Made by a program: the position numbers and the translations under genes. Under the pieces are notes generated by a model. That model ran no database searches. It worked only from the letters and a program-made list of their open reading frames with translations, and was not told the origin of the DNA. A DNA stretch of 64,000 nt from Longimicrobiales bacterium (GTDB lineage Bacteria; Gemmatimonadota; Gemmatimonadetes; Longimicrobiales; Gaopeijiaceae): NCBI GenBank assembly GCA_963422615.1, contig OY730414.1, positions 1,844,302 through 1,908,301 on the forward strand. The letters run 5' to 3'. Positions 59,926 through 64,000 of the stretch are shown here, piece after piece (position 1 is the stretch's first letter; each line of letters starts with the position of its first letter).

Positions 59926-60813
59926 TTGCCCGAGCTCCCCGAGGCCGAAACCATCGCAATAGGGCTCAACGAGATCCTCCCGGGAAGAAGCGTGGAGGAC
60001 GTGATGGTCCTGCGAGACGATGTGGTGAATGGTTCGCCCCATCAATTCGCCCGAGCCGTGCGCGGAAGGCGTTTCCAGGCGGTGGACCGACGGGGCAAGA
60101 ACGTGATCTTCGCCTTTCTCGACCGAACCCGGATCGTGGTGAACCTGGGCATGACAGGGCGCATCTTTTGCGTCCCCCAAGCGGGCGCGCCTTCCTTGGC
60201 CACGCATCCTGCGGTGGTCTTCCGCCTGGACGACGGCCGTTCTCTCACCTATGATGACGCCCGCCGCTTCGGCCGCCTGACCTGCTTCCCCCCCGGACCG
60301 GAATGGACCCGGTGGTCCCGTCGGCTGGGTTCGGAGCCCCTCGCCCAGTCCTTTACCGGCCGGCGGTTGCGCGCCATCTTGGCCGGGTCGGCGTCCCCGG
60401 TACGGTCTCTGTTGCTTGACCAGAAGAAGATTGCGGGCCTGGGAAACATTTATGCGCTGGAAGCCCTCTGGTCGGCCCGAATTCACCCGCGAACGCCATC
60501 GAATCTGGTGGACCCGGCGGCCGTGACCCGCCTTCACCGGGCAATCCGCAAGATCCTTCGCCAAGCCATCCGGGCGAGAGGCACGACGTTCCGCGACTAC
60601 CGGACGGCCGGCGGCCAAGAGGGAGAATTCGGACCCGCGCTTCGGGTCTACGGGCGAGCGGGTAGGCCTTGCCGGCACTGCAAGAAGGCCATCCGGCGAA
60701 TCGTATTTGCGGGCCGACCCTCGTTTCATTGTCCTGCTTGCCAGAATCGAGACTTCGAACTCCGGGCGGCCCTGAGCACAGCCAAGCCCCAGGGGACGGC
60801 CAAGGCCCCGTAA
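59926..60813 (+). CDS. mutM: formamidopyrimidine-DNA glycosylase
   Basis: PELPE, RRGK, LGMTG, GLGNIY, C-terminal CxxC..CxxC zinc finger. Confidence 0.96.
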   Translation: MPELPEAETIAIGLNEILPGRSVEDVMVLRDDVVNGSPHQFARAVRGRRFQAVDRRGKNVIFAFLDRTRIVVNLGMTGRIFCVPQAGAPSLATHPAVVFRLDDGRSLTYDDARRFGRLTCFPPGPEWTRWSRRLGSEPLAQSFTGRRLRAILAGSASPVRSLLLDQKKIAGLGNIYALEALWSARIHPRTPSNLVDPAAVTRLHRAIRKILRQAIRARGTTFRDYRTAGGQEGEFGPALRVYGRAGRPCRHCKKAIRRIVFAGRPSFHCPACQNRDFELRAALSTAKPQGTAKAP

Positions 60814-62372
60814 TGCGCCCGGGCTCGGTCTTGTCGTCCCCCCGCCGTCGGCTCCTCATCCGCGGGATCCTGGGCGCCGTTGCGCTTCCGGGGTCGTCCC
60901 CGGCGCAGCCGGCGGAGCCCCTCCACGCCCAGGTATCGCCCCATCCTCCGGCCCCCGGAGAGTCGCTTCCCGTCGTTCGCCATACCCTGGAGAACGGCAT
61001 GACCTTTCTCATTCTTGCGCGGCCCCGGTCTCCCACGGCCGCCTTGGTCGTCCACTACCCCGTAGGGTCCATTCACGAGCATCTGGGCAATACGGGCATC
61101 GCTCACGTCCTGGAGCACATGATGTTCAAGGGCACGGAAGAAATCGGAACGACCGACTGGACCCGGGAAGCCCTTCTCTTGAACGCCGTGGACCTCGCCA
61201 GGGACTCCATGATCCGGGAACTTGCTTCCGGCCGGCCGGATTCGGCCCGGATCCAGGAGATGCGAGGGGTGATCCGAGCGCTGGAAGACCAGGCCCAGGC
61301 CTACACCGTGCCCAACGAATTCGATCGCATTCTTTCGGCCGAAGGTGCCCGAGGGCTGAACGCAACCACGTCCTACGAAGCGACCCGCTATTTCGTCGAG
61401 TTGCCGGCGAACCGGGTCGAGCTGTGGTTCGCCCTGGAGTCGGACCGGATGGCGAACCCCGTGTTTCGCGAATTCTTCACGGAACTGGACGTGGTCATGG
61501 AGGAACGGCGCATGCGCCTGGAGACCAGCCCGGGGGGCGTTCTCGAGAACGCGCTCCTGGCCACCGCGTTTCAGGTCCACCCCTATGGCGTGCCGGTGAT
61601 CGGCCACGCCAGCGACCTCGATTTTCTTACGCGGAAGCAGGCAATGGACTACTTTCGCCGCCACTATGGCCCTCGGAACGCCGTGGCCGCCATCGTCGGG
61701 GATGTGGACGTGGAGCAGGTCAAGACGTGGGCCGACGCCTACTTCGCCCCCCTGCTCTCCGGGGCCCCCCTTCCTCCCGTCCTGGCCCGGGAACCGGAAC
61801 AGTCCGGGGAACGGAGGGTCACCGTCGATTTCGACGCCGAGCCCCGCCTCATGATCGGCTGGCGGGCCGTTTCGGGGCTCCACCCGGATGCCCCCGCCCT
61901 TTCCATGCTCGCATCCGTCCTCACCGGCGGCAGAACCACGCGCCTGTATCGACGGCTGGTCGTCGAAGACCGGTCAGCCGTCCACGTGAGCGCGCACTTG
62001 AGCCCCGGCTTCTCTCACCCCCGGCTCGTCGTCGTCGGGGCGGTGGTCCGGTCTCCCCACACCCCGGAGGAAATCGAGCGGGCCATTTACGAAGAAATCG
62101 AAAACATCAAGGACGGGGGTCTCCATCCCCTGGCCCTGGTTCGGATCAGGAACCAGCTTCGCGCGGGCGAATTTCGCAGGTTGGCCTCGAACCTGCAGCT
62201 GGCCGGTCAAATCGCCGAATCGGAGGCGGCCCTGGGTGACTGGCGAGAGATCTTCCGCTTGTCCGCCCGGATCATGGACGTGACCCTGGAGGACGTCCAG
62301 CGCGTCGCTCGAACGTATCTCACGCCCCGTTCCCGGACCGTGGCAACCCTGGTGAAGAGGGCTCCCTCGTGA
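60813..62372 (+). CDS. M16 family peptidase, catalytic subunit
   Basis: HVLEH (HxxEH), NATTS, ESDRM, EERR, HPY. Confidence 0.92.
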   Translation: MRPGSVLSSPRRRLLIRGILGAVALPGSSPAQPAEPLHAQVSPHPPAPGESLPVVRHTLENGMTFLILARPRSPTAALVVHYPVGSIHEHLGNTGIAHVLEHMMFKGTEEIGTTDWTREALLLNAVDLARDSMIRELASGRPDSARIQEMRGVIRALEDQAQAYTVPNEFDRILSAEGARGLNATTSYEATRYFVELPANRVELWFALESDRMANPVFREFFTELDVVMEERRMRLETSPGGVLENALLATAFQVHPYGVPVIGHASDLDFLTRKQAMDYFRRHYGPRNAVAAIVGDVDVEQVKTWADAYFAPLLSGAPLPPVLAREPEQSGERRVTVDFDAEPRLMIGWRAVSGLHPDAPALSMLASVLTGGRTTRLYRRLVVEDRSAVHVSAHLSPGFSHPRLVVVGAVVRSPHTPEEIERAIYEEIENIKDGGLHPLALVRIRNQLRAGEFRRLASNLQLAGQIAESEAALGDWREIFRLSARIMDVTLEDVQRVARTYLTPRSRTVATLVKRAPS

Positions 62373-63910
62373 CCCCGGCAAGAATCGCCGTTGGCGTCGC
62401 CCGACGCCTCCCGACCGGGATCGCCCTCCTCCCGGCGCTTGCCCTTTTGTCGCTGACCTCCCAGGCCGTCTTGCCCTTTCCCGCCAGAGCCCAGGATTCG
62501 GTCCGGGAACGCATCGACGCCATCCGATTCCCCGAAGTCCGCTTCGCTCCCCCGCAAGCCCACCACGAGGAAATCCGAGGCGTTCCGGTCTACTACGTAC
62601 AAGACGGTGCCCTGCCCCTCGTCACCTTCTACGCGGCGTTCAAGGGCGGGGTGCGCCGCCTCTCGAGAGACTACTTCGCGGCAGCGTCGGCCCTTCCGGG
62701 CTTGATGAGAACCGGCGGGACCGCCGCGCTCCCCCCCGACTCCGTCGACGGCCGTATCGAGCTCTTGGCCCTGTCCATGAGTTTCGGCCAGGGGGGCGGA
62801 AGTGTGTCTTCCTGGGTCAATACCCTTTCCGACAACCTGGATGAGGCCGCGTCTCTCTGGACAGACATGCTGCGCCGTCCCCGCTTCGACTCCGCCCAGG
62901 TGGCGCTCTGGCGCGGCGCGGAGCTGGAGCGCGTCCGCCGGCGCAGGGACGACCCCGCTTCCCTGGCCTTCGGCCTCTTCAATCGGATCATGTATGGCAG
63001 CCACCCCGTCGGCTGGCAGATGACTCCGGCAGATCTGAAGCCCGACGATTTGACCGGGGAAAAGCTGCGCTTCGTTCACGAGGCCATGATCTGCCCGGAC
63101 AACATGATGCTGGGAGTCATAGGAGATGTGGACCGGAAGCGGGCGCGGGCCCTGGTAGAGGAGATGCTGGACGGCTGGCCACCGTGCTCCGGTGGACTCC
63201 GGGAGGACCCGGTCCCCGATATCCGAGAGGGCCCGGGTGTCTTCGTTCTGCACAGAGAGATCCAGCAGAGTGTCGTCGTTCTGGCCCACGCCACGTCCGT
63301 AAGGCAAGGCGACCGCGATGCGTACTTCGCTTCTCGAATCGGAAACGCGATCCTCGGGGCGTCCGGCTTTTCCAGTCGCCTCGTTAACGAAGTGCGAACC
63401 CGGCACGGCTTGGCTTACACCGCCTCCTCCCTCTGGACGGTCTCGCAGAAGCACGATGGGCTCGTGGGCGCCCTGACCCGGACCAAACCGGAAAGCACCC
63501 TGGCCGCCACTCGCCTCATGCTGGAAGTCATCCAGTCCATGCGGTCGGCCCCCCCGTTCGACCATGAGATTTCTCATGCGGTCGCCGAGGTAGAAAATGG
63601 TTTCGTGTTCAACTTCCAGTCGCCGTTTCAGATCGTCGCCCGCAGGATGGCCTACCGAAGTCTGGGACTTGGCGAAGACTGGCTCCAACGGTACCTGGAC
63701 GGGATCCGCCAGGTGACCCCCAAGGACGTCCAGGATGTCTTCCGAAAAGAAGTGGACCCGCAGCAGATGACCATTCTGTTGGTCGGAGACACGGCTCGCT
63801 TCGACGGCTCCCCTTCGGAACTGGGAACCGTTACGGTTTTGGAAGAACCCCTTCCGCCTCCGGAGCCGCGCCCTTGGACGCCACGTGAATCGCCGCGATC
63901 CCGGCGGTAA
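62369..63910 (+). CDS. M16 family peptidase, non-catalytic partner
   Basis: No HxxEH; SRL..EVR..HGLAY motif; 4-nt overlap with the preceding M16 gene. Confidence 0.88.
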   Translation: MTPARIAVGVARRLPTGIALLPALALLSLTSQAVLPFPARAQDSVRERIDAIRFPEVRFAPPQAHHEEIRGVPVYYVQDGALPLVTFYAAFKGGVRRLSRDYFAAASALPGLMRTGGTAALPPDSVDGRIELLALSMSFGQGGGSVSSWVNTLSDNLDEAASLWTDMLRRPRFDSAQVALWRGAELERVRRRRDDPASLAFGLFNRIMYGSHPVGWQMTPADLKPDDLTGEKLRFVHEAMICPDNMMLGVIGDVDRKRARALVEEMLDGWPPCSGGLREDPVPDIREGPGVFVLHREIQQSVVVLAHATSVRQGDRDAYFASRIGNAILGASGFSSRLVNEVRTRHGLAYTASSLWTVSQKHDGLVGALTRTKPESTLAATRLMLEVIQSMRSAPPFDHEISHAVAEVENGFVFNFQSPFQIVARRMAYRSLGLGEDWLQRYLDGIRQVTPKDVQDVFRKEVDPQQMTILLVGDTARFDGSPSELGTVTVLEEPLPPPEPRPWTPRESPRSRR

Positions 63911-64000
63911 GGCGGAACCATCCCACCGAAGTGAACCCAACGTCACAAAGGAGTTCCGCGAGGTCTTCCGGAGGGGGAAACTGCCTCACGGACTTCGGAA

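Noticed and set aside
62207..63946. 579-aa minus-strand ORF
   Set aside because: Antisense shadow of the M16 genes
1..64000. CRISPR array, IS element, prophage or defence system
   Set aside because: No regularly spaced repeats and no transposase, integrase or phage-like ORFs recognised

Overview
GC-rich bacterial chromosomal segment made almost entirely of housekeeping genes, mostly in long minus-strand runs with 4-nt start/stop overlaps. Gene content and order (rpmF-plsX-fabH, sucCD-CBS-ndk, ffs-dnaX-ybaB-recR, ispE-tRNA-Gln...prs-rplY-pth, recA-alaS, ccm cluster, glmM-glmS, purD-mutM, M16 pair) suggest a Gemmatimonadota-like, possibly marine organism; this is inference, not a database result. 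No integrase, transposase, prophage or CRISPR array was seen. Most notable observations: (1) ribosomal proteins bS6 and bS18 are encoded as one fused ORF; (2) the SRP RNA has a CCGCA loop where the GNRA tetraloop should be; (3) hflX probably starts at an ATT codon behind a perfect Shine-Dalgarno; (4) a System I*-type cytochrome c maturation operon (CcmE CxxxY, no ccmG/H) contains a membrane-anchored double-CxxC protein; (5) an in-frame A8 slippery run lies near the end of dnaX; (6) two unexplained long intergenic hairpins; (7) a frameshifted ybjQ overlapped by a run-on purD; (8) recurrent short tandem duplications near gene ends. Start codons were adjusted by eye from the ORF track and are provisional.
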